Virus record (IMG/VR): IMGVR_UViG_3300010398_000038
Span: 1 to 26,171 of that record
Direction: 5' to 3' (one strand)
DNA from: a virus
Taxonomy: Duplodnaviria; Caudoviricetes
DNA: 26,171 nt
Made by a program: the position numbers and the translations under genes. This document shows, in pieces, positions 1 through 9,534 of the stretch. The notes under the pieces were generated by a model. The model saw nothing but the letters and a program-made list of their open reading frames with translations. It was not told the origin of the DNA and searched no databases. Position 1 is the first letter of the stretch. Every line of letters starts with the position of its first letter.

Positions 1-66
1 CGCACATTGCTGCGCGAAGAGTTCAATCTGCGCAACATCGGCAAGAGGTATTCCAATTATGGCTAG
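1..66 (+). CDS. 3' end of an upstream late gene (partial, ...RTLLREEFNLRNIGKRYSNYG*)
   Basis: Open frame 1 from the window start to TAG at 64-66, overlapping the ATG at 59, as in the rest of the operon. Confidence 0.4.
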   Translation, partial: RTLLREEFNLRNIGKRYSNYG

Positions 67-346
67 AGAACGTGAGAGGCGCGACGAGCGCCGTTCCGGC
101 GAGATGCGCGGCGAGCACCGGCACCACGACGGTCGCGATCCGTGGACTGAAAGCCACGAACGGCACCGTCGCGGCGGCGGCAGCTACGACGCCGGGCCAG
201 GTCGCGAGGGGTTGCCCGATTCGATGATGATGGACCGGCCGCGCACGCGCTGGGCCTCGGGCGCCTATGCGCGAACGGGCGAGGCGCGGCGCGGCTACGA
301 CAGCGAGCAGCCGAGAATCCAGGAAGCCGACCGCCGCGGAACCTGA
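59..346 (+). CDS. Hypothetical R/D/E/G/H-rich, probably disordered protein (95 aa)
   Basis: AAGAGG SD-like sequence upstream; fits tightly before the next gene. Confidence 0.55.
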   Translation: MARERERRDERRSGEMRGEHRHHDGRDPWTESHERHRRGGGSYDAGPGREGLPDSMMMDRPRTRWASGAYARTGEARRGYDSEQPRIQEADRRGT

Positions 347-349
347 TGC

Positions 350-1150
350 GTGCTCGTCCAGGATCTCATCTCCCTGGCGATGCGCACCTCGGGGATCCTC
401 GGGGTGGGGCAGGTCGCGCTGCCGCAGGATCTCGCCGACACGCAGATGATGCTGCAGCTGATGATGCAGCAATGGCGGCAGAAGAGATGGCTGGTCTTCA
501 GGCTTAATTACACGATCCAGCCGCTCGCGGTCGGCAAGATGTCCTATCAGGTCGGGCCTGCGGGCTCGACCCCGGCACCCGATTTTGTCACCGATGGCGA
601 TTTCCGCCCGGCCAACATCCAAAGCTGTTTTCTGAGACAAAACGTCGGCAGTGGTCCTAACAGCTACCCGATCGACTTCCCGATGAACGTGCTGGGGAGC
701 CGGCAGGAATACGACGCCATCCGGCTCAAATTCCTGCAGTCGTGGCCGGCCTCGATCTACTACGATCCGATCGTCCCGGTCGCCACGCTCTACATCTGGC
801 CCATCCCGGTGCAGACCTTGTTCTCGCTCTATATCGCCTGGCAGCAGGCGATCGACTTTAGCGTCGAGGGCAGCCAGAGCCAGGAGCTCGATGCGGTGCT
901 GCCGGCCGAATCGCAGCTCGCGATCATGTACAACCTCGCGCTCCTGACCGCGGTCAATTACAAGCTGCCGCCCGATCCCGAGCTGCAGGCTTCGGCCCGG
1001 GCCTCGCTCAACACCATGCGCAATACAAACTACGCGCTGCAGCCGCTGGCGATGCCGCGAGCGCTGGCTTCCAACCCGCGGTGGAAAAACCCGATGGGGG
1101 GTTTCTATCCTGAGGTGAGTGCTGGCGTGCCGTTTACAACCTTGGGGTGA
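350..1150 (+). CDS. Head-to-tail adaptor, P22 gp4-like
   Basis: N-term 'QDLISLAMRTSGILGVGQ...LQLMMQQW' and C-term 'AIMYNLAL...Y' are typical of podovirus adaptors; lies upstream of the gp10-like gene. Confidence 0.75.
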   Translation: MLVQDLISLAMRTSGILGVGQVALPQDLADTQMMLQLMMQQWRQKRWLVFRLNYTIQPLAVGKMSYQVGPAGSTPAPDFVTDGDFRPANIQSCFLRQNVGSGPNSYPIDFPMNVLGSRQEYDAIRLKFLQSWPASIYYDPIVPVATLYIWPIPVQTLFSLYIAWQQAIDFSVEGSQSQELDAVLPAESQLAIMYNLALLTAVNYKLPPDPELQASARASLNTMRNTNYALQPLAMPRALASNPRWKNPMGGFYPEVSAGVPFTTLG

Positions 1151-1154
1151 TGCG

Positions 1155-1784
1155 ATGGCTCATCTCAACGGCCAAGCGCTGCAGACCTGGAACAAGGGCG
1201 ACAGCCTGACGGCTGACGCCCTGAACGGCAATTTTCAGATCATCGCCGACCGCCTCGAGCGGGTCATGGCGCAGGCGCTCTTGCCCGATGCGGCGAACAC
1301 CAATCTGCAGATGCGCATGCGCGCGATCGTCGAGCGGATCGGGCGCCTCGAAGACCTCACCGCGATGCATGCGCGGCAGCGCAACGAGCGCGAATGGGCG
1401 CCCTTAAGCCATGTCGGCGCGCTCGTCACCATGGTCAACGAGGTGAACCGCCGCTTTGAAGACGCCTGCCGGCGCATCGACGAGATGCACGCCGGCAAGG
1501 CGATCGAGCACGAGGATCTCGACCGCCGACTCCAGCGGCTCGAGCAGCAGCCGGATGCAGCACGAGAGGAGGACTTCGCCGCCCTCGCCCGTGACCACGA
1601 CCGGCTCGCTCTCAAAGAACATATGCTCCTCTCCCAGATCATCGCGCTCAGGGCAGAGGTGAGGATCCTGCGCGAATTGGCGATGGGTCACGATCGCGAG
1701 GCCAACCGCAAGGAATATGCCCCGCTAAGCACCGTCGCTCATCTCCTCGAGCGCATCATGAAGCTCGAAGCGCGCGATGGCTAA
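1155..1784 (+). CDS. Coiled-coil virion-associated protein with an internal duplication (210 aa)
   Basis: ATG at 1155; N-term 'WNKGDSLTADALNGNF' resembles tail-attachment motifs; heptad-rich. Confidence 0.65.
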   Translation: MAHLNGQALQTWNKGDSLTADALNGNFQIIADRLERVMAQALLPDAANTNLQMRMRAIVERIGRLEDLTAMHARQRNEREWAPLSHVGALVTMVNEVNRRFEDACRRIDEMHAGKAIEHEDLDRRLQRLEQQPDAAREEDFAALARDHDRLALKEHMLLSQIIALRAEVRILRELAMGHDREANRKEYAPLSTVAHLLERIMKLEARDG

Positions 1785-3240
1785 GCTCGCTCTTCACCAA
1801 GGCAGCTACAATGCGCGCTCGCCGATCGCCAACGCGCAAGTGTGCCTCAATCTCATTCCCGAGCCGAATCCCCCCGACGCGCCCTTCCCGGTGACGCACT
1901 ACCCCGGCCCGGGCCTTAAATTGTGGGGCGACCTCTCGGGCGCCTCGCCGGGCGCCACCGGCGGCGTGCGCGGTCTCTACGTCACCTCGTCCAACGCGGT
2001 CGTCGCCGTCATCGGCGTCGCGGTCTACACCCTCACCGTGGCGCAGCCGGGCCAGGCGGTCCTCGTCGGCAACATCGGTGGCCCGAGCAGCCAGCCGGTC
2101 GTCTCGATGTGCGACAACGGCACCACGCTCGTCATCGTCGACGGCAGCCCCAACGGCTGGATGGTGCCATTGGGCGCCCTCCTCACCCCGAACAGCCTTG
2201 TGCAGATCAACGACGCGGCCTTCTACGGCGCGAACCGGGTCGACTTCATCGATACCTTCCTCGTCTTCAACCAGCCCGGCACGGGGAATTTCTACACCAC
2301 GACCTCGAATGTCGTGACCCCGTTCGATCCCACTTATTTCGCGGCCAAGGAAGGCTGGAACGACCGCCTCGTGTGCTGCGCCTGCCTGCACGACAATATC
2401 TGGCTCCTCGGCAACCAGACCGTCGAAATCTGGTTCAACGCCGGCGGCGCGACCTTCCCCTTCGCGCGGATGCCGAACTCGATCCTGCAGCAGGGCTGCG
2501 CCGCGGTGTGCAGCCCGGTCGTTGCCGACAATGCGCTCTATTGGCTTAGCCAAGACCGCTGGGGGCACTCGATGATCATGCGCGGCGAGGGCTACGCCGC
2601 GCGCCGCATCAGCAACTTCGCGGTCGAGAACGAGTGGAACCAGTACCCTTACGTCACCGACTGTGTCGGCATGTCCTACCAGATCGCCGGCCACGAGATC
2701 GTCGCCTGGTATTTCCCGGCGGGCGGCGCCTGGTGGGCTTACGACGCCTCGACCCAGATGTGGCACAAGCGCACCTATGCCGGCACGACGCAGCCCTGGC
2801 TGCCGCTCACCTCGGCCTTCTTTGGCACTGTCGTCGGCGAAACGCCGTTCACCCCGGTTGTGCTGGCCGGCGACCGCAGCTCGGGGCGGATCTACGAAAT
2901 CGACCGCTCGACCTATACGGACAACGGCACCGCGATCACCCGCCAGCGCTCGTGGACGCACCTGCAGCAGGACGGCCAGCGCATCGCCTATCAGCGCTTT
3001 GCGCTGTCGATGGCGGGCAACCAATTGTCGCCCGACACGCTCGCGCTCGACTGGTCGGACGATGCCGGGTTCTCTTACGGCAGCGCGGTCAACCAGACGG
3101 CCAACAACCAGTCGAACGGCCAGTATCTGTGGCGCCGGCTCGGCTACGGGCGCGACCGCGTCTACCGCGCGACCTGGAGCGGAGCGGGCGAATTTGCCTT
3201 GAACGGGGCCTACAGCGACGGGACACCGCAGGGGACATGA
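1777..3240 (+). CDS. Packaged-DNA stabilisation / tail hub protein, P22 gp10-like
   Basis: 'LLGNQTVEIWFNAGGATFPFARMPNSILQQGCAA', 'WAYDASTQMWHKR', 'WSDDAG', 'WRRLG' motifs; 487 aa. Confidence 0.9.
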   Translation: MAKLALHQGSYNARSPIANAQVCLNLIPEPNPPDAPFPVTHYPGPGLKLWGDLSGASPGATGGVRGLYVTSSNAVVAVIGVAVYTLTVAQPGQAVLVGNIGGPSSQPVVSMCDNGTTLVIVDGSPNGWMVPLGALLTPNSLVQINDAAFYGANRVDFIDTFLVFNQPGTGNFYTTTSNVVTPFDPTYFAAKEGWNDRLVCCACLHDNIWLLGNQTVEIWFNAGGATFPFARMPNSILQQGCAAVCSPVVADNALYWLSQDRWGHSMIMRGEGYAARRISNFAVENEWNQYPYVTDCVGMSYQIAGHEIVAWYFPAGGAWWAYDASTQMWHKRTYAGTTQPWLPLTSAFFGTVVGETPFTPVVLAGDRSSGRIYEIDRSTYTDNGTAITRQRSWTHLQQDGQRIAYQRFALSMAGNQLSPDTLALDWSDDAGFSYGSAVNQTANNQSNGQYLWRRLGYGRDRVYRATWSGAGEFALNGAYSDGTPQGT

Positions 3241-3509
3241 TCGAGCGCTCGAAATCCCTCGACCGCCGGCTCGAAGCCGAATGCGTGCGCTACGCCGGCA
3301 GTCAGGCGGTGCTGGTCTTCTACAAGGGCACAAAACCGCTCGCCTGCGAGCTCGTCGCCGATGGCGAGCGGATCGAGATGAGCCAGGCACGCGAGCACAC
3401 CGTGCGCGCCTTCTATCAGGGGATCGCGCCCGAACTGCCGGCCGGCGCCGATTACTGGCGCCTCATCGACGCCGGCGGCAACGTCGTGATGCAGGGCGAC
3501 GCGACATGA
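3237..3509 (+). CDS. Hypothetical protein (90 aa, MIERSKSL...)
   Basis: ATGA overlaps at both ends; C-terminal part of track ORF 2634..3509. Confidence 0.65.
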   Translation: MIERSKSLDRRLEAECVRYAGSQAVLVFYKGTKPLACELVADGERIEMSQAREHTVRAFYQGIAPELPAGADYWRLIDAGGNVVMQGDAT

Positions 3510-3724
3510 GCAGCCCGCCGCCGCGCAGCGGCATCGGTGTTGTGCCGACTGCGAGCCACCGCTACGCGACGCAGGGCATGGTCAGTCCGACCGACCCGCC
3601 CTTTGTCGATCCGACAACCGGCATCATGACGCCGATCTCGTTTCGCTTTCTCCACGGTCTCTTCCAGCGTATCGCCAAAATCGAACAGGCGCTCACCAAC
3701 GCAGGGATCCCGATCCCGCCATGA
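3506..3724 (+). CDS. Small virion protein (72 aa) at the P22 gp26 position
   Basis: ATGA overlaps at both ends; 'PFVDPTTGIMTPISFRFLHGLFQRI' resembles small proteins that follow gp10-like genes. Confidence 0.6.
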   Translation: MSSPPPRSGIGVVPTASHRYATQGMVSPTDPPFVDPTTGIMTPISFRFLHGLFQRIAKIEQALTNAGIPIPP

Positions 3725-4284
3725 GATACTTCAATTCGGTCGGCACTTTCGACATGACGCCCTTGCAGCTGGCGCTGCAGGTCAACCCGCAGCTCTGGGA
3801 CGAGCACTGCTACCGCACGAGTTTCGAAGGCACGCCGTTTTTCGGCATGTCGGACATTCTGCTGCGCTACTCCCGTCCCGAGGTTCACCAGCAGACGTGC
3901 GATCCCGACGCCTGCATCGATTCGCTCGACCTGGTGAATTACCCGGCCTGGGCTCTTCTGCCGCAGTGCCACGACCTTGTCTTCAACCTGATGCGCGCCT
4001 TTCACGGCGTCGCCTTGGGGCGCGTCATCATCGCCCGCCTGCCGCCCGGCGGCGTCATCAAGCCGCACGCCGACGATTACGGAAAATACGCGCTGGCCGA
4101 GGGCGGCAAGCGCTTTCACGCCTGCATCTCGGCCGCGCCCGGCGTGCTCTTTCACTGCGGCGACGAGACGATCCAGATGCGCACGGGCGAGGTATACTGG
4201 TTCCGCCACACCGCAGTGCACAGCGCCGAGAACAACAGCGCCGACGAGCGCATTCACCTCCTCGTCGATCTGATAAGCGGCTGA
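3721..4284 (+). CDS. Aspartyl/asparaginyl beta-hydroxylase-family 2OG-Fe(II) oxygenase
   Basis: 'RVIIARLPPGGVIKPHAD' (HxD), 'GEVYWF...HSAENNSADERIHLLVD' (distal His and Arg). Confidence 0.88.
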   Translation: MRYFNSVGTFDMTPLQLALQVNPQLWDEHCYRTSFEGTPFFGMSDILLRYSRPEVHQQTCDPDACIDSLDLVNYPAWALLPQCHDLVFNLMRAFHGVALGRVIIARLPPGGVIKPHADDYGKYALAEGGKRFHACISAAPGVLFHCGDETIQMRTGEVYWFRHTAVHSAENNSADERIHLLVDLISG

Positions 4285-4289
4285 AGCCG

Positions 4290-4754
4290 ATGGAACACCT
4301 CTCGCTCCAGGTCGAGCCCTTCCGGGCCTTCTGCGAAGAGGTGCGCCCGCTCCTGCCGCAGCACTGGGAGGATCTCGCGCTCGACAAGGACAAGGTGCCG
4401 CTGGCTCCCGATTGGCAGCGCTACGCCCTGCTCGATGCGCAGGGCGCGCTCTCGGTTGTCACGGTGCGCGAGAAGGGGCGCCTCGTCGGCTATTCGATCA
4501 TGGTGGTGATGCCCGGCCTCCACTACGTGACCTGCCTCGAGGCGCGGATGGACATCTTCTGGCTGGCGCCCGAGGTGCGCGGCCGCATGGGCGGCCTCAG
4601 GCTCTTCCGTACGCACGAGCGTGAGCTCGCGCGGCGCGGTGTCAAGCGCATCTACGCCGGCTCGAAACTGCACAAGGATTCTTCGCGCCTGTTTCTCGCG
4701 ATGGGCTACAAGCCGGTCGAGCAGTGGTTTTCAAAATGGATCGCGGAGGACTGA
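4290..4754 (+). CDS. GNAT-family acetyltransferase (154 aa)
   Basis: 'GRLVGY...DIFWLAPEVRGRMGGLRL' acetyl-CoA motif A; 'LFLAMGYKPVE'. Confidence 0.85.
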   Translation: MEHLSLQVEPFRAFCEEVRPLLPQHWEDLALDKDKVPLAPDWQRYALLDAQGALSVVTVREKGRLVGYSIMVVMPGLHYVTCLEARMDIFWLAPEVRGRMGGLRLFRTHERELARRGVKRIYAGSKLHKDSSRLFLAMGYKPVEQWFSKWIAED

Positions 4755-4755
4755 G

Positions 4756-5616
4756 ATGGTAGCTGCGGCGGTCGTCGGCGGAAGTGCCATTTCCGGCATC
4801 GGTGGTCTCATCGGCTCTTCGCAGGCAGCTTCCGGCGCGCAGCAGGCGGCGGCAACCGAAGCTGCAGCGCAGGACCGCGCGACCCAGGCTCAGCTGCAGA
4901 TGCAGCAGAACGCCATCGCGCAGGAGCAATTGGGCTTCAGCGAAGCGCAGTTTTACCAGAACCCGTTCTGGGACACCGGGCTCGGCAATTATCTCGGGCT
5001 GTCGAAGGAAGTGGGTATCGGCGCCCTCGGCGCGCAGCCTTCCCTCACCGACATCACGCAGCTTCCCGGCTATTCGTTTACGTTGCAGCAAGGTCTTAAC
5101 GCGACGCAGAACGCTGCGGCGGCGCAGGGGCTGGGCGTTTCCGGCCCGGCGCTCAAAGGCGCCAGTACTTACGCCGAGAACCTCGCTAACACGTATTACA
5201 ACAACTACTTGCAGAACTATTGGACGAACCAGAACAACCGCTTCAACATGCTCTATAACCTCGCCGGTTTTGGCTCCGGCTCGGCCAATGCGCTGACCTC
5301 GGCCGCGGTCGGCGCCGGCAATACCGGGGCGCAGGCCTCGACCGCCGCGGGGGCGCAGATCGGCAGCACCATCGCCAACACCTCCGCCGGCATCGCCCAG
5401 GCGCAGCAGAGCGCGGCCAATCTGCAGGGCGCGGGAATTACCGGCGCCGGCTCCTCTCTCGGCAATGCGCTGACCTCGGCTGCGCTCCTCGGCGGCGGCT
5501 CGACACTCGGTGTCACGCAACCGACCGGCTACTCGGGATTGAATGCGGCGCAGGCAGCTGCGGTGAACAATCAGGGCTTTTATTTCAGCCCTGGCGCCTC
5601 TATCGGGACGGGGTAA
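4756..5616 (+). CDS. DNA ejection/pilot protein 1 (P22 gp7/gp20-like, 286 aa)
   Basis: GGAGG SD; G/A/Q-rich; hydrophobic N-term; 'LPGYSFTLQQG...AAAQG..SG.ALK' motif. Confidence 0.8.
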   Translation: MVAAAVVGGSAISGIGGLIGSSQAASGAQQAAATEAAAQDRATQAQLQMQQNAIAQEQLGFSEAQFYQNPFWDTGLGNYLGLSKEVGIGALGAQPSLTDITQLPGYSFTLQQGLNATQNAAAAQGLGVSGPALKGASTYAENLANTYYNNYLQNYWTNQNNRFNMLYNLAGFGSGSANALTSAAVGAGNTGAQASTAAGAQIGSTIANTSAGIAQAQQSAANLQGAGITGAGSSLGNALTSAALLGGGSTLGVTQPTGYSGLNAAQAAAVNNQGFYFSPGASIGTG

Positions 5617-5619
5617 GCC

Positions 5620-7614
5620 ATGGGCAGCAGCATCGATGTCTCCTCGACCGGGCAGCTCGTCAACCGGCTGCTCAATCCGCCCAACCCGATGGATCAGCTC
5701 GGCAAGACGATCGAGGGCGTCAACGCGCTGAAGAGCTTTCAGGCAAACCAGGCAAGCGCGGACGCGTACCGGCAGAGCGTCGATCCGCAGACGGGCGAAG
5801 TTGATCTCGGCAAGTACAAGGCAATCATGTCGCAAGGCCCGGGTGCCTGGAATTTCGGCCCGCAGACGCAGCAGGCGGGGCAGGCGGTCGGTGCCGTGGG
5901 GCAGGGCACGACGGCAGATGTCAACGCCAAGATGGCGCAGTTGGGTGCCATGGGGCAGTTGATGTATCCGCTGCTGAAAGCCGGCGCCGACAACAATAAC
6001 CAGATCGATCCCGCTGCGGTGCAGACGCAGCTCGACCGGGCGCACGCGGCGCATCTCGTCAGCGATCAGCAATATCAGGTGTGGTCCGGGCAACTGAAAG
6101 GCATGACCCCAGGCGATGCCTATGGTTTTGTGCTCGGCGCGAATATGGGAAATCAAGAAGCTTACCGGCAACTCGGCGGTAATGTGACTGGGATCAATAC
6201 CGGGCCGCAGACTGTCTTTAAACAGACCTCTCCGCTCGGCGCGCAGCCGCCGGCCAGTTCTACGACGCAGATGGGCCTCTCGCCCGAGGGCGCCTTGAAA
6301 CTGCAGTCCTACCTCGCCGAGCCTTACGACTACACCGACAAGAATGGCGTCGAGCACAGGGGCGGCACCAAGGCCGATTTCTATGCTTCTCTTGGTATCA
6401 ACCCGTTTAAAGCCTTTACCGACGGCACAGTGCCGGCTCCGGGAAGCCCCCCCGCAATCCCGCAGCCACCTGCACCGCCGCAGGGAGGCGGGGGCGGCTC
6501 AACGCCTGGTGCTGGCAATTGGGAGGTTCAGCACAACAACTTTGCCGGAATGCGCAATCCCAATGTTCCGGCGGCCGGCGGCCCAAACACCAATCCTGCC
6601 GGCTGGCAACAATTCGCAACGCCAGAGGAAGGCATCCAGGCAATCTCGAACCAACTCGACCGCTACGCGTCTGGCGCGACGACAGGGAAACCGCTCAACA
6701 CACTCAACGGCATCATCTCAACCTGGGCTCCCCCGAGTGAAAACAATACGGCACTCCTGATCCGTCGCGCCTCGCAGATCATGGGTGTTTCGCCCGATCA
6801 GCCGCTCGACCTTGCCAACCCACAGGTCAAGGCCAAGCTCGTCGAGGCGATGATCCGCAACGAGCAAGGCGGCGCCCTGCCGCCGGCGGCGGCTGCTGCG
6901 ATTCCCAAGGTATTCCCAGCCGAGGGCGCGATATCGCAGGGAAGGGCGACGACTGGCGCGACTGAGGCAGTTCCTGCAGCGGTCGCCAAAGATAGTGGAG
7001 AACAGTTCAAAGCGGCCCGTGCGAACGCGACACAGTTCGAGGCACGGACCTCGGGACTCAGTCAGGCGCTCGGTCTCTTGCGGCAGAACGAGAACCTAAG
7101 CACCGGGCCAGGTACCCAAGACCTGCAGAACCTTCAAGGCATCGCCAATGCCTGGGGGATCGATCTGCCAAAGGCGATGAAGGACAGCAACACCGCTTTT
7201 TCCGAGATCAACAAAGACCTTGAGCGCTACTACATGACATTGCCCGGCGCGCAGCGCAGCGACCTTGCGCAGGCCGAGCAGAAGATGGCGAACCCCAGCG
7301 CGCAGACCCAACAGCGCGAAGCGTTGGATGACCTCATTACTCGCACGATCGGCCTAGAGCGGATGAACAACGCCGCTTACCTGAACTTCGAGCAGGCGCA
7401 CGGGCGGCAGGCCAGCATCTACGCACCGCAATATGCGGATGAGAGCGCGCAATACATGCAGAACCTTGATCCGGTTGGCTTTGCTTTCAATCTGATGACG
7501 CCAGCCGAGCGCACCACTTACCGAAATAGTCTCAAGGGTTCGGCACTCGCCAACTATTACAAGTCGATCAAGGAGGCGAGCCGCCTTTACAACCTACCGA
7601 TTGCGGGGGAATGA
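5620..7614 (+). CDS. DNA ejection protein 2 with an internal lysozyme-like (muralytic) domain
   Basis: 'HNNFAGMR...FATPEEGIQA...L.RY...TLNGIISTWAPPSENNT...AMIRNEQG' after a Pro/Gly linker; position in the ejection module. Confidence 0.75.
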   Translation: MGSSIDVSSTGQLVNRLLNPPNPMDQLGKTIEGVNALKSFQANQASADAYRQSVDPQTGEVDLGKYKAIMSQGPGAWNFGPQTQQAGQAVGAVGQGTTADVNAKMAQLGAMGQLMYPLLKAGADNNNQIDPAAVQTQLDRAHAAHLVSDQQYQVWSGQLKGMTPGDAYGFVLGANMGNQEAYRQLGGNVTGINTGPQTVFKQTSPLGAQPPASSTTQMGLSPEGALKLQSYLAEPYDYTDKNGVEHRGGTKADFYASLGINPFKAFTDGTVPAPGSPPAIPQPPAPPQGGGGGSTPGAGNWEVQHNNFAGMRNPNVPAAGGPNTNPAGWQQFATPEEGIQAISNQLDRYASGATTGKPLNTLNGIISTWAPPSENNTALLIRRASQIMGVSPDQPLDLANPQVKAKLVEAMIRNEQGGALPPAAAAAIPKVFPAEGAISQGRATTGATEAVPAAVAKDSGEQFKAARANATQFEARTSGLSQALGLLRQNENLSTGPGTQDLQNLQGIANAWGIDLPKAMKDSNTAFSEINKDLERYYMTLPGAQRSDLAQAEQKMANPSAQTQQREALDDLITRTIGLERMNNAAYLNFEQAHGRQASIYAPQYADESAQYMQNLDPVGFAFNLMTPAERTTYRNSLKGSALANYYKSIKEASRLYNLPIAGE

Positions 7615-7615
7615 G

Positions 7616-9298
7616 ATGGCGGATTCGCCGCCCCTGACAGACGAGGAAATGCGGGCGCTCTTTGGCGACGGCAACGCGCCGGCTGCGCCTGCCTCGTCGG
7701 CGCTGCCTGCAGCTCCATCGCCACTGACGCCGGAACAGGAGAGAACACTTTTCCCACCAGCGGCGGCAGCGCCGGCAAAGCCGCCAGGTGTGACGCCTGC
7801 AGACGCGCTGGAGGCATTCCAGGCCGGAACGCTGCAGGGCATGGGCAATGTCGCGGGCGGTATCCAGCGCCTCTTCGGCTACGATCCGAGCCTGACTGAC
7901 CGCACCAATGCGCTGCTGACGCCTGAGCAAAAGGCCGGCATGGCGGCGCATCCCTGGGCGGCGGGCGGCGGTCGCATCCTCGGCGAGACCGCGGCAACCG
8001 CGCCGGTGATGATTGTGGGCGGCGAGCTGCTGCCGACCTTTGGCGCGGCTTCGGTGCCGGCTCTGGTCGCCCGCGGCGGCCTCTATGGCGCCGCATCTGG
8101 TGCCCTAGGAAACATGCTGACCTCGGGCGGCGCACCGGATGAGAGCCTCGGACACCGCGCGCTCACTGGCGCGGAATGGGGTTTGCCGTTCGGTATGCTC
8201 GGCGGCTACGCCGAGGCTGCTACCGGTGCGGGACAGAAGGTTTCGGAAGCGACGCAGGCCGCAGGCAAGGAAATGCAGGAGGCTGGTGTCGATGTTGCGC
8301 CTGGCAATCTGCCGCGTATTGGCGGCACCAAGGCGGGCGGGCCGCCGACCGATGCACAGGCAGTTCAGATCAACAAGGCATTCGGCAACATCATCGGCCA
8401 GGACACACCTAATTTTTCCTCGGATACGCTCAATAAGGTAATCCCCGATCTCGGCAAGGATGTCGGCAATACGGTTCGCGCCGGCAAGATCGACTACGAT
8501 ATCCCGACCAGCAGCGGGCAGACTTTCGAGGATCGGCTCGCCGATATCGAGGCCAACACTGACCGCCGACAAGTCAAAAACATCATCAACAAGATTGTTC
8601 AGAAGGTTGATGCCAGCGGTGAAATTTCTGGAGCCGATCTCGGCGATCTCCTGAAGACTAATAACCCGCTCGATAGTGCGACGCGCAGCCGCGTACCGGA
8701 GATTTCCGAGCCGGCGATCGAGATCGAGCAGGCTATCCACGACGCGTTTACGCAATCGTCATCGCCCGCCATATCGCAGGCTTACAGCCTGGCGCGTGAG
8801 AAATACAAGCTTGCCTTGGCTGGCGAGCAGGCTGCCGATCCGGTCTCGGGCAACATCGATCCTTCGCGGATCATGCAGGTTTTCACGCGGATGTATCCCG
8901 ACGCGAAACGCATCGGTTCGGGTACATCGATGACTGACCAAGCGGTTAATTTTGCGCGCAATACTGCGCGCACTTTCGGCGGCACTGCGAGTGCATCACC
9001 GGTCTACAGTCACGGCGGCTGGCTGGCACCGATTGCGACAACAGCGGTCGGTGCGGCTGAAATGGCGCCGCATGTCGTCCCGTTTGCATTGCCTCAAACC
9101 CTTAGCAATCCCCTCATGGCCGGCACGATGCTCGCAGCGCCGTTCGCCATGCGCGGCATTCGGGAATTAGGGCATGCGTATCAAGGGACGCCGAGCTTTG
9201 CTAACGCTCTTCTGGCGCGCGGCCCGCAGGTCGGTGGTCCTTATCTGTCGACATTGGGGGCCGATGTGGGCGCCTCGATTGGGGATCAGCTCCGATGA
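7616..9298 (+). CDS. DNA ejection protein 3 (560 aa)
   Basis: A/G-rich with glycine-zipper-like segments ('GGLYGAASGALG'); last gene of the ejection cluster. Confidence 0.7.
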   Translation: MADSPPLTDEEMRALFGDGNAPAAPASSALPAAPSPLTPEQERTLFPPAAAAPAKPPGVTPADALEAFQAGTLQGMGNVAGGIQRLFGYDPSLTDRTNALLTPEQKAGMAAHPWAAGGGRILGETAATAPVMIVGGELLPTFGAASVPALVARGGLYGAASGALGNMLTSGGAPDESLGHRALTGAEWGLPFGMLGGYAEAATGAGQKVSEATQAAGKEMQEAGVDVAPGNLPRIGGTKAGGPPTDAQAVQINKAFGNIIGQDTPNFSSDTLNKVIPDLGKDVGNTVRAGKIDYDIPTSSGQTFEDRLADIEANTDRRQVKNIINKIVQKVDASGEISGADLGDLLKTNNPLDSATRSRVPEISEPAIEIEQAIHDAFTQSSSPAISQAYSLAREKYKLALAGEQAADPVSGNIDPSRIMQVFTRMYPDAKRIGSGTSMTDQAVNFARNTARTFGGTASASPVYSHGGWLAPIATTAVGAAEMAPHVVPFALPQTLSNPLMAGTMLAAPFAMRGIRELGHAYQGTPSFANALLARGPQVGGPYLSTLGADVGASIGDQLR

Positions 9299-9531
9299 AG
9301 CCTTCGGCGCAGCAATCGTACAATCCCCAGGCTGATGTTGACGCCCAAAAAGGCAATGATCCCGCCAATAATAACCTGGCCGGCTATCTCGGGATTGACG
9401 GCGCTGTTGAACCAAGGAAGGGCCGCGCCATAGATCATGAACAGCGCTGGAAACCACACACCTTCCGCGCCGTACATCGAGCCCATCAGCACGAACCAAA
9501 GAACCAGTCCGGCAATCCAGATAACAATCAT
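9286..9531 (-). CDS. Array ORF F: small integral membrane protein (about 3 TM, 81 aa)
   Basis: Highly hydrophobic with a basic C-tail; starts 3 nt (GCG) after the previous stop. Confidence 0.65.
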   Translation of the reverse strand: MIVIWIAGLVLWFVLMGSMYGAEGVWFPALFMIYGAALPWFNSAVNPEIAGQVIIGGIIAFLGVNISLGIVRLLRRRLHRS

Positions 9532-9534
9532 CGC

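Noticed and set aside
1756-6357. Long minus-strand ORFs (544, 231 and 571 aa), and similarly 11973..13583
   Set aside because: Antisense shadows of well-supported structural genes, with no recognisable motifs.
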